From Lepidodermella squamata (taxonomy: Eukaryota; Animalia; Gastrotricha), in the NCBI GenBank assembly GCA_047495785.1, contig JBLDXI010000001.1, positions 4,526,001-4,590,000 on the forward strand: DNA of 64,000 nt. The letters are read 5' to 3'. Position 1 is the stretch's first letter. Each line of letters begins with the position of its first letter. Positions 53,201-64,000 of this stretch are shown here, in pieces. A program made the translations under genes and the position numbers. The notes beneath the pieces are model-generated. The model did no database searches. It was given only the letters and a program-made list of their open reading frames with translations, and was not told where the DNA came from.

Positions 53201-56200
53201 CCGTAGTGCGGCGAACCCTCCACATTTTCCTGCTCTCCCGGCCCCCGGCCTGTTCATCCCCGCCGAAATCGCGCTATCGCTCTTCGCCTTTTCAATCGAA
53301 GTGCCCCATTTGTCGCACCAAACCGCAACGGGACCAGCAGCAGCGCCCGGGCCCCATGCACCCCTCAACGCCGCCGCCTCGTCGCAGCCGCCCCACCACC
53401 ACGGCCTCATGTCCAACTCGTCGTCGTCGTCTTCGTCCTCGCTGATCCTGTCCTCAAACGACCAAGCGTTGACCTCATCGATTTCGTCGCAGTCGTCGTC
53501 CGGGATCCAAGTTGGAACCACCGGCTCGAACCAGCTGAACAAAGCCTCGTCGCCTTACATTGTGCTGCGGCCGAGCGTGGTGTCGGGCGGCTTCCACGAG
53601 GCCCTCGCCCTCGACTGGGACCCCATGGCCTGGGAGTACTGGATCCTCATCGACTCGGACCAAGACCTCATCGCGTGGATCGACTGCCTTCAACAGGTGA
53701 GTAAATTATTACGCGATAAAACCCCGATTTTTCCCTCACTAATATAAAATATTATCTATACTAATCCGAATCCAGCGAAAACCGTTAGATATAGTAAAAT
53801 TGGTCGGTTATCGTTCGAGAAGCTTTTTTACTGCTAAAAAACCTGCCCATTTGCCGGTATTTTTTATTTGGGTTCTTTTAATATTATTTTTTCACCGTTT
53901 GCTTAGCATGGAATGAAAAATCGATCATTTTATTTTTTATCACAGTTATTCAATTTTCAAAGATTTGAAAAATATTTCAATTATTCTTGCTATTTTTTTA
54001 TAAAATAAAAATAATTGATAGATTGTCTGTAAGGTTATGCGACATTTGCGCAAAGAAAATTTAGCAAAACGACAAATGAGCAAGACAATTGAGCAAAACA
54101 ATTTGTTGAGCTTGGCAGAAAACGACAGAGATTAAATGAAGTACCGTTTCACTTAATTTTTATAATCGGAACCGAAATTCGACAAATCGACAATCGAGCA
54201 AAGATGATAGAGCAATTTCTTATTGGTTTCTGAGAAAAATTTCGATTCCGACTTTAATAAAATGAATTTTAATTTTTTTGCTCACTTGTCTCATGCTAAA
54301 ATTCCGGCATTAAATTTTGATTTTTTGCCGACTTCAAAATGTTGAAATTTCCAAAGTTTTTGAAATCAAGGTTAATAAGGTTTTTTTATTTTTATTTGCT
54401 TTGCATGTAAAAAATTATTGTTTCAGCGTATGTTTTTGCATGATATTAAAATTTGATCGATTTCTTGGAAAAAGTAAACTGAATAAACTGATTTTTATTA
54501 ATTTTTGCAGGTCCAACGGACGACCTCTCACATATCCGATTCGCCGAACCAGTCGCGGCCGGATGCACTGGCGACGGCTTCAAAAGCCGCCGGTTCGCGG
54601 TCGTCGCGCTACCAGAAACGCGTGGAAACCGCGAAAGGTAAACATCCTCTAATACTGTTGCATGCATGCATCTATCCACACCACAGCTCTTCGCATTAAA
54701 ATTCGGCACACAATTATTAAACATATATATCGCGGATGAAAAATAGGGCGTTTGTGTCTCAACCGGCTCTTTGCGAAATGTTTGCGAATAAATTTACGCC
54801 CATCGCCGGCTTACAGTAATTTATGCTAAGCGGTATTATGGCCTAGTATTTTCGCTAAACGCTGAAATTGTAGCCGAAATACCCCCCATTATTTTGCGGC
54901 AGCGGCTTATTTTTGCCTGAAATAACGCACATTATTACGCCTACTGGAAAATGCTGGTTTTCACTGACTATCGCCTGAAAGCACCTGTTCGAAAGGTCTC
55001 TTCATTAGAAATTAAAAACTCAGCGAAAGGTGAGACGAAACGTCTTTCATTCACGCCCTCTTAATCTTAGGTGTATTTTAAGAAATTCATTAAAAAATTA
55101 ACCATTTTTGTCATCAGCTGCTTTCATATTTTCCGATTTTTAAGGAGCTTCAAGCTTTATTATTTACTTATCCATATAATCTAAAAAATTATCCTGTTGA
55201 TCTGAAAAATATATGCGCTAGTTAATGACTATAAACTACCTTGCGTAAAAATACCTAAAAATACTTTCGCAACAGGCTATCGTATGTGACGTTTGTCGTT
55301 TCATTTAAACTGATGATGATGATGATGATGTCTACAAATTTTCGGCTCGAGTTGTGTTATTATTACTTTTTCAAGCTCGTCTCTGCTCGCGCACAGGTAC
55401 CTAATACTGGAGTGAGTACATGCTAATACTTTGCTAATCACTTTGTGTCGCTCGATTTTTGCAATATACTATTACGATGGCAAAAAAAGCCGATGACTCG
55501 CTTTGGCTTTATACGTATATCTGCGCTTCTCATAGACATCGCTTTTTCCGCGCTCGCAATTTTCACTATATTATTAGTATTATCATAAAATACGCATTGA
55601 TATTTTTTCAAAATTTAACGACATCGAAAACCGAAAACGATTTAGGTTAGCTTCGTTTCTAGGAAGAGGATTAAAACAAGGCGTATATCCCTGCTCATCT
55701 TTAAATTTTGCGATTAATTTTTACTCCGTCTTTTCTATCTTGAACTCAATTGCGAACGCAACTGTGTAATTTGCGAAATATTTTCATCCCGTTGCAAATG
55801 ACCCAATTCGAATTGCTTGTCTGCGCGATGACCTGACCTGATTTAAATTGTGCATCTCGCCGCGTTTTAAGAGCAATATTTTTCGGTAACTAGTAATTAA
55901 ACGCGACTTTTATCTATTTTAGATGACTTGGCGCTAAGCGACGGAAAATCGACTTCGGAATCGACCCGGCGAATCATCAACGACTTGAAACGCTGGAAAA
56001 TGCGGCTAGGCAAGTCGAGTTTCAAGTTGTTCCAGCAACAACCAGCCGGTGGTTCAGCAGCTAAAGGCGACGATTCGAGTGCGAATCAGGGCGATTCGGG
56101 CCCGGGCGGGGCGAATAAACCCCTCGGGATTTATCTCGCGTCGTGTGAGCCGTCAACGACGAATCCTTACGTGCCAGCCGTTGTCGAGCTTTGCGTTGCG

Positions 56201-59200
56201 GTTATTGAAGCGAGAGGACTGGATACGGTTGGTGTGTATCGAGTACCTGGAAATAACGCGGCAGTGACAGGTAAAAATGTTTGAAATTCTGTATTCTTTA
56301 TTTGGTGTGGCGACAATTCCGGTCGCGACTTTAGCGTCCCTAAACTTTGCGTCCCGACTATTCCGCCCAAAAACATTTCAGCCCAAATTTGTCAACGACA
56401 ATTACGCGCGCGACTATTGAGCCGATAAGCACGACATTTGAGCTAGCGACTCATGCGCCCACGACATGTGAGCTCGCGAGAATAACGCCAACGACACAAG
56501 AGCCCCAGGTATAAATTAATTAATCTATTTATTAGGTGCAACTTGAGAAATGCGACATGCGACATAGGCGCTTAGGGCAAAGGAACAAATTTATGCCATA
56601 AGTTCTATTGGTAATTTAATAGCAAGAGGACTTTTGCTAACATAGAGATCGAAGTTCGATCTCATTGCTCGCTAATAACGAGAGTAGTACAACCGAATTG
56701 CGAATTGCGAATGGAATTGCTATAATTTCGAAGTGATTAGTTAACCACAGTCGAGCAGAGAAGGAGATGTGGCAGTTAGCAAGGTTAGGCCGCGGGCTTT
56801 AGGGTCGTGAGCTGAAAAGTCGCATCTTATTCTCAGATTAAAATTATTTTCTTCGCGTCATCAACGCCCCTAGGTGTTTATCAAGAACTTCGACAAATTA
56901 TTTTTAATTATTGGCTGAAACGTCGTGGGCGGAATAGTCGCTGGCTGTAATGTCTTGGGCGGAAAAGTCGGGACGCAAAGTTCACCAGCGGAATTGCCGG
57001 GACGGAAATGTCACACGACCCTTTATTTTTGATTTTTGAATTGATTGAATTTTTAGTAAATTTTCCTATTTTAAAATTCAATTTAGAATTTTTTGAATTT
57101 AAATTTCGATTTTTTCAAATTGTAATTCAGATTTTCAAATTAAAATTTGTACTTTGAAAGTTGAAAAAATAAAAAATCGGATTTTATTGCTTTGAAATTT
57201 TCTAGAAATGTTCTAAAAAATAATTTATTCTGTTTTTAGCTTTGTGGGACAGCGTTGTAGTTCACGGCATTGAGAACGTGAATGCGGACGATCAGCGGTG
57301 GTCGGACATTCACGTTGTAGGGTCGCTGCTGAAGTCGTTCTTCCGGAAGCTGAGCGAGCCGCTGTTCCCGCACTCGGTCTACCGCATGCTCATGTCGGCG
57401 AACCGGCAGCCGAACGGCGAGAAGCGCATGCTGTCGCTGAAACGCCTCATCCACCAACTGCCGCCGCATCACTACGAAACACTGCGGTTCTTGGCCAAAC
57501 ACTTACAGGTAAAAAAAATGAGAAATCATTCTTTCAATTTTCATTTTACAGTGATTTGAAACCGATAAAAAATTTCAAATATTTTCGAAATATTTTTCAT
57601 AAAATTTTGAACATTTTTACTTTGGATGTGAATTTGGTCTCAATATCGCAATAGAAATTTTTTGATAATTTTTTTCTAATTATTTTCATAGGTTGTCGCA
57701 TCGAATTCAGCTCGCAATAAAATGGATATTAACAATCTGGCGATAGTTTTCGGCCCAACGCTCGTCCGCGGCAAGCCGAATGCCGCGCCCAGCGCATCCG
57801 CACCCGCCTCGGGCTCCGCGGCGCCGGCGCCCAGTGCCGACTCGTCTAGCAAAGACGGCGGCGCGTCGGCGGCGATGAACGAACTCGTCAAGGACACGTC
57901 GGACCAGTGCCGCATCGTGCAGACGGTCGTCAAGCACGTCGACTGGCTCTTCGCCGGCTGGGAGGCCGATAGCCAGGTGCCGTCGGACGAAACGGGTGAC
58001 GCGTCGCCAACGGCGTCCGGCGGCGTCCCCGACGCGCAGGCTGCCGCGCAGCGTGCCGTTTTCGCCCAGCTCAATGCCACAGGTGAGGAAAAAAACGATG
58101 AAAAAAATTTGCAAAAGTATTAAAGAAATCTTTTTCAATTGAGCAAAGCTTCGATTTTTTTAGGAGTATATTTATAGTGCCTGGAAAAATGAAAAAAATT
58201 CCAAAATTGGTCCTGTAATTTTATAAGGTGATTTCGGATTTATCTGGAATTTTTAGCGATTTTACAAATTTCCGATTTATCGATTAGCTAACAGGATCGA
58301 TATCGATTTCAAGTATCGATTTCGAAAATCAGTGATTTTTCCGATATCGGCTGTCTGGGAGGCCAAAGGCCAATCATGAAAAATCCTTAGGGTTCCAGAT
58401 ATCCAAATAGTGACAAATTTTACCGTGATGGATTATTTCCAAATCTGGAATAATCGAGATATTTTTGCTGGGGCCTAATGATGGTTGAAAATGTTGGACA
58501 AGGAAAAAACTGGCAATATGATTCTGAAATTATTAATTCAATTTTTTGAAATTACGCAGAATTCGAGATAAAAAACTCATTAGAAACCAGACATTTTACT
58601 GATGTTGATTTTTGGTACATCAATTGGGAATTTCCCGTTCAAGAATTTTGATTCGAAGCTTTGCTCTAGCCTATTTGCTTATCTTTTGCTTAAAACATAA
58701 AACGTACATCATAAATCTATATTTTATGTGTATGAGCATTTTTTCTGGCTTAATTTTCAAGACCTCGAAGATTCCGATATCGACGCATAGCCTCCGTAAT
58801 GCCGTCGAATCTGAGATATGTGATAGAGAGGCCGTACCATTCATGCTCTTCCACATTCTCTCGCTAAATTCACTGCAATCCGGTTATCATAATCTGTGAG
58901 TACATCATATAGTAGGGAATGCCTTTAGGATGCACCCCATTTCCTATTCTATCTCGCCCTATTTCGGGAATGTTCGACTCTTCGTCCGCCGAGTATCAAC
59001 CATCCGCTCTAATCTATTAGTTTCTGCTGCCTATTTGGAATGGCTTTTAATCACCCTTCTTTCTACATTTTTCATGGATGCCCTAATTTCCAATATTTAC
59101 ATAATTATAGCTCCTAATCAGTAGTTGAATTCTTGACATAATGCTTTAATTAGGTAAGCAAAATCAATTTTTGAAAATTCAAATTTTTTGAAATTTTAAA

Positions 59201-61249
59201 ATTTTAAAATTAATTTCTCCTTGGGAACTTGTCCCAAACCCCATAACTCTTGAACCCTTAGTTTTACTCGCTAGATATTAATTTCTGAATTTTTTGAATT
59301 TTTTTCGAAATTTAAAATTTTAATTTGTTTTTCTAATAGTTGGTGCCACTTCTCAATCCTCGAATACGCTAACCAGCCAGTCAGTATCAGCAGCGCCTGG
59401 CGCCCAGTCGTCTAAAGACGGCACCTCATCGCCGTCCTCTCGCGGCTCGTCCGGCGCCTCGCCGAAAGACCTCGTCTCGAACATTTTCTCAGCCGGCGGC
59501 CGGTACTTCCGCCGCCGGTCCGATAACCCGCCGCAGGCTGGCCAGTTGATGCCCGGCGCCAGGCCGCGCAATGTCTCACTGCCGCAGGCGACGGTGCTGC
59601 CCGTGGCTGAGGGCGCCTACCATCAGCGTTCAGCTTCCATCCCGCACCAGGCTATCCTAAACCACATGTCATCGACCTCGTCCATGGGCAGCGTAGGGTC
59701 GATTGGCGAGCATCGGACCATTAGTGAGGAGGTCGATGAGGATGAGGATAATTCGACTGTGGTAGGGTTCAACAACAACGCCCAGCCGCCTCAGGTTGTC
59801 GATTTCACCACTCGCCCATCAAGGTTAGTAAAAATATTAATTAAAGAAATTAAATTAATTTTAGAAAATTTTAATGAAATTTTGAAAAATTTGAAAGAAT
59901 TTAAATTTCAGTGTTTGAATTTCTGCATGTTGTTCCTTGTTGCTTTATTGTCATCCCCGAATTTTTTCCGATTTTTTATAGCTCATGGTCGCTTCTCGTC
60001 TACAGACATTATTAGGTCAGCGTTCGTAGCTGCTTTAATTACATGATCAATCAATCAATTAATCAGTAGATTAAATGCAGTGGCTTGCTTTTACCAACAT
60101 AGTATTCGAAGCTCAAATTCTACAGCGGTTTTATTTCGGCTAGTTTAGACTGGGCATAGTCTGTTTTTGCGGGGCCTGGAAAAATACACGTTACACGCCT
60201 AAATATTGCACATTTTTTTATTTTTAATGAGATAGTGGACTCCTCTCGATTTTTGTTAATAATTTCCCCTTAACCTGTAAAGCTTGCCTTTGGATGAATC
60301 AGCAAAATTTAGAAAATAGGCTGGATTAAACGAATTGCTTGCATTTTCCGAATATTTTTCTATCTGGAAATTTTGAAAAATTTGAGAAAATGTGGTGTAT
60401 AATATTCGCTTTTAGCCGGTTTTTTTTTGCAAAAATTCAACACAGCTTATTTTTGGCAATTTTTTTCTACTCACCCGCAATTTTAATTTTGTAATAGAAA
60501 TATTCACAATTTGATTTTGCTTCGAAAACGGCTGGGAACACGAAATGTTATTAAAAACTAAAAATTTGAAGTAATTTCGATTTTCTTATAATTTTAGGCA
60601 AGAATGGGGTCGGCAGGGCAGTGAAGGCTATCCGTTGGCGAAATTGCCGTATACGGAACCAGCGAAACCACCTGTTGCTGAGATCGCCCCAGCCCAGCCT
60701 ATCACCATCATCACCCCACAGCAACAACAGCCCCCATCACCACCCTCCTCGTCGCAAATTCGCCCGGCAAGGCGAGCAGTGGCAGCTCCCCAGGTGCTGG
60801 TACCACCGTCTAGCTTCATGACGCGGAGCTTATCGCTCGATTCCATCGACATTTTCAGCACGAGTACAGCGACAGAACCACCTGTTGCGCAGGTCGCGCC
60901 GACCAGTTTAACCGCAGCGGCAGTTCCCGCACTCACCGCGGCGAGGTCCGACTGCCAACTGGCGCCGGCGTCGCTCACTACGGCGAGGTCCGATTTGTCG
61001 CCATCCGGCGACTACGCCGTGCGCCGGTACTCCGGGCAAGTCCCGGCGACCTTCAGCGACCTGGAACCGGCCGTCCAGCGGCTGGCGAAGCTGGAGCAGT
61101 ACCTGAACAGGCTAGCCACTGCTGAGGACATTAGTATGGCCGAGGCGAGGAAGTACGGATCGCAGCGGCAGCGCCTCCAGGCCGAGTATGAGCGCCTCAG
61201 GGCGGACGTGGTCGCTGTTGCGCAGTCGCAGCCGGAGGCGCGGTTTTAA
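41214..61249 (+). CDS. PDZ-PH-RhoGAP protein (ARHGAP21/23-like). Exons 41214-41797, 42445-42961, 48682-49187, 49952-50413, (52200 or 52364)-52619, 53110-53696 (frame break), 54511-54637, 55923-56270, 57240-57508, 57692-58082, 59340-59823, 60598-61249
   Basis: PDZ (FGISLR..VHVGDQVVAVNG..IGQSGNSLTL), PH (WQPAFLAVVRRTLHIF..DQDLIAWIDCLQ) and RhoGAP with intact arginine finger (GLDTVGVYRVPGN, SLLKSFFRKLSEPLF, NKMDINNLAIVFGPTLVR). The 50413-52xxx join is uncertain. Confidence 0.85.
43006..43124 (+). repeat. Degenerate (GGAATA/GGAATG)n hexamer repeat
   Basis: Visible tandem ggaata/ggaatg/ggaatt units. Confidence 0.8.
43352..46252 (-). CDS. LINE ORF2: APE endonuclease plus reverse transcriptase; no AUG before endonuclease motifs I and II
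   Basis: Endonuclease motifs FFCNAGSL, AETWL, GGGV, FYRPP, ADLN, LDVLL, SIH; RT motifs YRPISLT, QHGF, DLAKAFD, GVPQGSVLGP, LFADD, KDLG; C-terminal VRPLLEYCSSVWSP. Confidence 0.95.
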   Translation of the reverse strand, partial: ATAGLTRCRVFFCNAGSLKNKLPELLNLLNQGVYDIIIIAETWLNPTVTDGMLCNKEYVVIRNDRTKCGGGGVCMLIKKELNFVRVEIPSELNEAEIIAIDVFFSKNCTKRFVGFYRPPYFSQTDFEYGSVLCSAISYLAKCVQPIYLLADLNLGKIDWTDTVKSYRRMETLFIECFFENSFSQLVTEPTCNDKILDVLLTNAERSVYNLSVIENFSTSIHSSLKFEIDVTLTPPQINDKTRNFRKANFPKIIECLNSFSWYDFFYDCYDDIHKCYVKFISLLNSLVVKFVPLKCDSPRKYKYPKYIRKLGSKKLASWKKLRANRSDKSSPYYVSLLAHYNRLASEYKCAVEKFERENVRSMIASRDISKMYGFVNSKLSNHSSIPPLIHSNGKLCTEDSEKANALNHQFSTVFTLDDMHTPTLSSNIVDKITSIPIDEKMVLQVLSDLSNSYSLCPDGLPSIFFKNLKSCLVTPITRILSLSLAKGVVPDEWKSAFVTPVPKKGNSKYPVDYRPISLTCTMCRVLETIIRNHLLDYLLYHNLISPTQHGFMRFKSTTTQMLESFLDWAFAVECSDCVDIVYVDLAKAFDSVCHRKLLLKLESIGVSGELLEWLASYLSGRKQKVCVNGVFSDECDVPSGVPQGSVLGPLLFLIYINDLADSLPQGVSIKLFADDCKIYIVFSRDDLCKTDRLVLSLENLFKWISSWQLKLSLEKCAILHVGSKNPKTNYLLGGVPLKKCSSYKDLGLLVDEKLSFKAQCNEAIKKAYLRANLILRALQGQSAETLKWAYCVYVRPLLEYCSSVWSPYLKENIVAIEKVQSYFTRRALGFSIRDQNRLTYPQRLTYLNIRSLEERRIINDLCFLYKIINGSVNTTLKNNIIFLTNSNRGHRFRYIVKNPNNTFRNATKPVYKNFFLNRNIEIWNNLHPSVFDFSDSLPVKVRNEIFKANIFRVDLKSYIKCKLLLG
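46253..46933 (-). CDS. LINE ORF1 (coiled coil plus RRM-like nucleic-acid-binding domain), 226 aa
   Basis: Heptad-rich ELVKLKSEVEQLR..LQLRVNQLEE followed by NSIVVFGV, FRLGK and RPIKL, typical of CR1/L1-type ORF1. Confidence 0.85.
   Translation of the reverse strand: MPIDEAEWSRLERLMTGTEVRIKEHFTMELVKLKSEVEQLRTTVTDQTKVINDLQLRVNQLEESKLANSIVVFGVIDPGEEKPDKLPEKIRQEIPELHDAEFNCFRLGKRVSGRPTRENARPIKLEIKSNHGLLKTVLEKYKPTEVKQDGITCRPCRTKHRSTASKLFREKIEDLKQTNKNLKIAFGQGGFQLITSVGSFSYSFGDGSLVEDPIPAALPSKSKKAI
55311..55330 (+). repeat. (TGA)n microsatellite
   Basis: tgatgatgatgatgatgatg. Confidence 0.9.
56304..57020. mobile_element. Non-autonomous TIR DNA transposon (717 bp) with ~15-bp subterminal repeats and 8-bp TSD CTTTATTT
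   Basis: Left aactttgcgtcccgactattccgccca mirrors right tgggcggaaaagtcgggacgcaaagtt; ends are GGT..ACC; ctttattt occurs at 56296-56303 and 57021-57028. Confidence 0.85.
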
Positions 61250-61838
61250 TTTTTCATATAATCATATAATAAAGCATTTTTTTATTACTCCACGGGGCTT
61301 TTGTGTAATATAAACCGAATAATTTCATAACGCTTTTTTCATTTGTTTAAAAATAAAATATTCTAGCGCTTTTAACACGACTCAAATGATGTTATTAAGA
61401 TTATTGAAGCCGAAGATGAAAGACTTTGTTTGTTTTCTATCGAGATGAGGATTATGACGCGTCTCCTCAGCTATTTGTGCTATACTTTGATGAAATGCGG
61501 AATCAGATTATAATTTGTTAAAATTGATTTGTTTGCGCTGTAAAACGATCGGAAAAGAGCAAAGAGATAATAAACTCGAAAAATGCTTGAATCATCACTG
61601 TCTTTTTTCTGGAACATTGTCCTTGAAGCCAGGAATCTTATCAGCTTCTATTGAGCAGCTGCCGAAAACACGAAAAAGATTCCCTAAAAGATCCATAAAA
61701 TGCCATATAGCTTACTTGAACCTCATACCTATATTGTAAAGCAAAAAATTCAAATTTTCAATCAGTTACCGTTTACAGTTGAACACGTGCCAATCTAGGG
61801 TGAATTCGGAATTCACCAAATTTTATTCTCTTTAAATA

Positions 61839-62240
61839 CCGTGGGGTGACTTGGTGGGGTCACTTTGCCATGCGAAAATGCGGGGTGACTTTAGCATAGC
61901 AATTCTTGAAGCCAGGCTGATACCCTCGAGTGGGGTACCGTTGGAAAGCCCGCATCGAAGGCAGCCCAAATATGACGGATAATAATAATTTCGATCTCAC
62001 CTGCTTTACTGCGGAGTCATCAAACTTATGCCAGAAAATTTCATAAACCTCACCTGTCCTTAATCATCAGGCGACCGATTGAAGTCTAGTATAGACATCA
62101 ATGCTTGCCTTTTCTAGGGCTATCTAACGGTACCCCACTCAAGGGGTATCAGCCTGCTACCTTCAAGAATTGCTATGCTGGAGTCACCCCATTTTTGCAT
62201 GGCTAAGTGACCCCACCGTCAAAGTCACCCAAGTTGACGG
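61839..62240. mobile_element. Tc1/mariner-type MITE (402 bp), TA TSD, long TIRs
   Basis: Ends TA|CCGT...ACGG|TA; arms ggggtgac/gtcacccc, agcatagcaattcttgaag/cttcaagaattgctatgct and gagtggggtaccgtt/aacggtaccccactc. Confidence 0.88.
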
Positions 62241-62284
62241 TAACAGGTCAACTAATCAGTGGTCCAGAATTAAGAAAGCGTTCT

Positions 62285-62846
62285 TCATCCAAAACGGAAG
62301 TAACTGAAACCAGAACTTCTATAGCTCGAATATGAGTAAAATCCTGATGTTCCGTTCGAGTAAATAGCAATTGGCACTGCTACAGCGACAACCGCTACCA
62401 CTGCGATAGTTACCGCCTATTGATCAATAGCAATCATTTTCAGCTGATCTTGTAAATTATCAACTCACCAGAGCTGTTATCGCGCAGCCCCTTGCATACA
62501 AGAAGTCGTGTACACCCGCCGCCGGTTTTCGGCATCTCACAATAGCAGGAATCGCGCAGGACAGAGCTGGTAAGAAGAAGATCGCACTAACAATTATGGC
62601 GGCCAGAGACAGAGTTTTCGCATGGGTGGCTAGTTGATAGTCATAGCCAGGCATGATGACCGGGGTGACAGGGTACCCTGGATAAACAGGTTGTAGCATT
62701 GTTATAGGGGCATGCGGTTGGGGTGTTGGCGGTGGCCCTGATGAGGGATTTGGCGTCTTCGCCCTCATCGCAGCTTCATAGCTAGGGGGAGGCTCAGGAT
62801 GCACCTGGTTTGATGCACCCGTGCTATTACGCTGTTCGGAGCTCAT
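62285..62846 (-). CDS. Small proline-rich protein with two hydrophobic segments (CD225/dispanin-like). Exons 62846-62469 and 62416-62285
   Basis: PPxY motif (PPPSYEAA) and Pro-rich N-terminus, then LSLAAIIVSAIFFLPALSCAIPAIV and CAITALAVTIAVVAVVAVAVPIAIY; 52-bp GT-AG intron. Confidence 0.6.
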
Positions 62847-63718
62847 TTTAGAGAAGTAGAGAATCAAGGTATTCTATAGCTGCTCGTTTGCGAATGAGAG
62901 ACTGATTCATGGAAATCCTCATGGTGAGACGTCATTGCGAACGGTACTCCATTGAATGCGGGCCCTTTGGAAGGATTTTCAAAAGACTTGCAATCGTGAT
63001 TCACTTCTGAAAGGCAATACAACTTATACATAAAAGGCAGGCAAGATAATGCTTTCTATTCCTAACTAAAGTGGAAATCTCGGAAGAATTCAGCTGAAAA
63101 TGATGCTGTCAAGAATTATTGATAATTTACTTTCTATTTTTTTAAAGTTGTCACATCACATTGTGGAAAACAGCAAAGAGATAATGAACTCGAAAAATGC
63201 TTTTTCACTGACTTTATTTCGAGCAGAAGTCCTCTCTGAAGTCAGGATTCTGGATTCTGGATTCTGGATTCTGGATATACGAACTTGAAGATTGCTTTGC
63301 ACAACCGCGTGTCATTTCGAATAACCCTTTCCATCGCTTTCCTTCGCCACCAAATCATAGGATGTTCAAAAAGTCGCCTATGATTTACGAAGCAGGGTGT
63401 CTTATTGGTTCATGATCAACTTATCAATTTCTTCGATAATTCTTCATTCTTCTTAGCTGAAAATGATAAACACAATGAGATTTCCAGCTGGGTTGGCTTC
63501 AGGCTTTGCATACATCGAAAGCGGTAAGGCAAGGAAGGACCCAATGAGTGAGGTACTGTTGGATACGGAAAAATCAATTCCGCAAAAGAATACCTGTAAA
63601 GATCCGCCTGTTTTGGCTTTGTATTAAAAGGAGACTTATTTGTTAAGAGGGATTGTAAATGCAGTTTTATTTAGCAAAAATTGCAATATTATCCAACAGC
63701 TCAAATCACTTCCCGGTA

Positions 63719-63867
63719 CCGTCAAATGGGGCCTTTGAGCAGTCGGGTCCCTTTGACATGTCAATGTGAGGTGGTCTTTACCTTGGCACCTTCGATTTCT
63801 GATATGCCAAAGTAACTTATTTTGGCATATCAAAGTGAACCGACTGCTCAAAGGCCCCATTTGACAG
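63719..63867. mobile_element. Tiny Tc1/mariner-type MITE (149 bp), TA TSD
   Basis: Near-perfect 28-bp TIR ccgtcaaatggggcctttgagcagtcgg / ccgactgctcaaaggccccatttgacag flanked by TA. Confidence 0.9.
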
Positions 63868-64000
63868 TATAGTCTCTCATCTCTAACCGGATGTATGTCT
63901 ATGATTGGCAAAACAGTAACAAGCTATTATGAATAGCTTTTGCAGAGACTACGCGGGCACAGTTTGAATTCCGGACTGAGTTCTCAACTCTAGCAAGCTT

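Noticed and set aside
63415-63593. Possible terminal exon of another minus-strand gene after ttacAG
   Set aside because: Two short open frames with no recognisable homology; cannot be supported without the next window.

Overview
Compact, gene-dense invertebrate (metazoan) genomic DNA with GT-AG introns, AT-rich introns and often GC-rich exons. No rRNA, tRNA or CRISPR was recognised. A minus-strand run of genes (reticulon, PHTF, MRPL54, DENND3-like, the last leaving the window) diverges from a plus-strand run (KLHDC9-like, LSM10, ERCC3/XPB, LRRC14-like). A complete SLC26A11-like gene is nested antisense in an XPB intron. A ~20 kb ARHGAP21/23-like PDZ-PH-RhoGAP gene follows, then a small CD225/dispanin-like gene. 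Mobile DNA includes an intact CR1-like LINE, decayed Helitron Rep fragments at two loci, and several MITEs with TSDs. The main oddities are: (1) the DENND3-like start codon lies 88 nt from the MRPL54 stop, behind an acceptor with no local donor, suggesting a trans-spliced operon or a shared-5'-exon bicistronic locus; (2) LINE ORF2 follows the ORF1 UAG in frame with no usable AUG, and two hairpins begin at the stop; (3) a frame break inside the RhoGAP PH exon. All gene models were built by hand from splice signals, reading phase and remembered family motifs; no database search was run.
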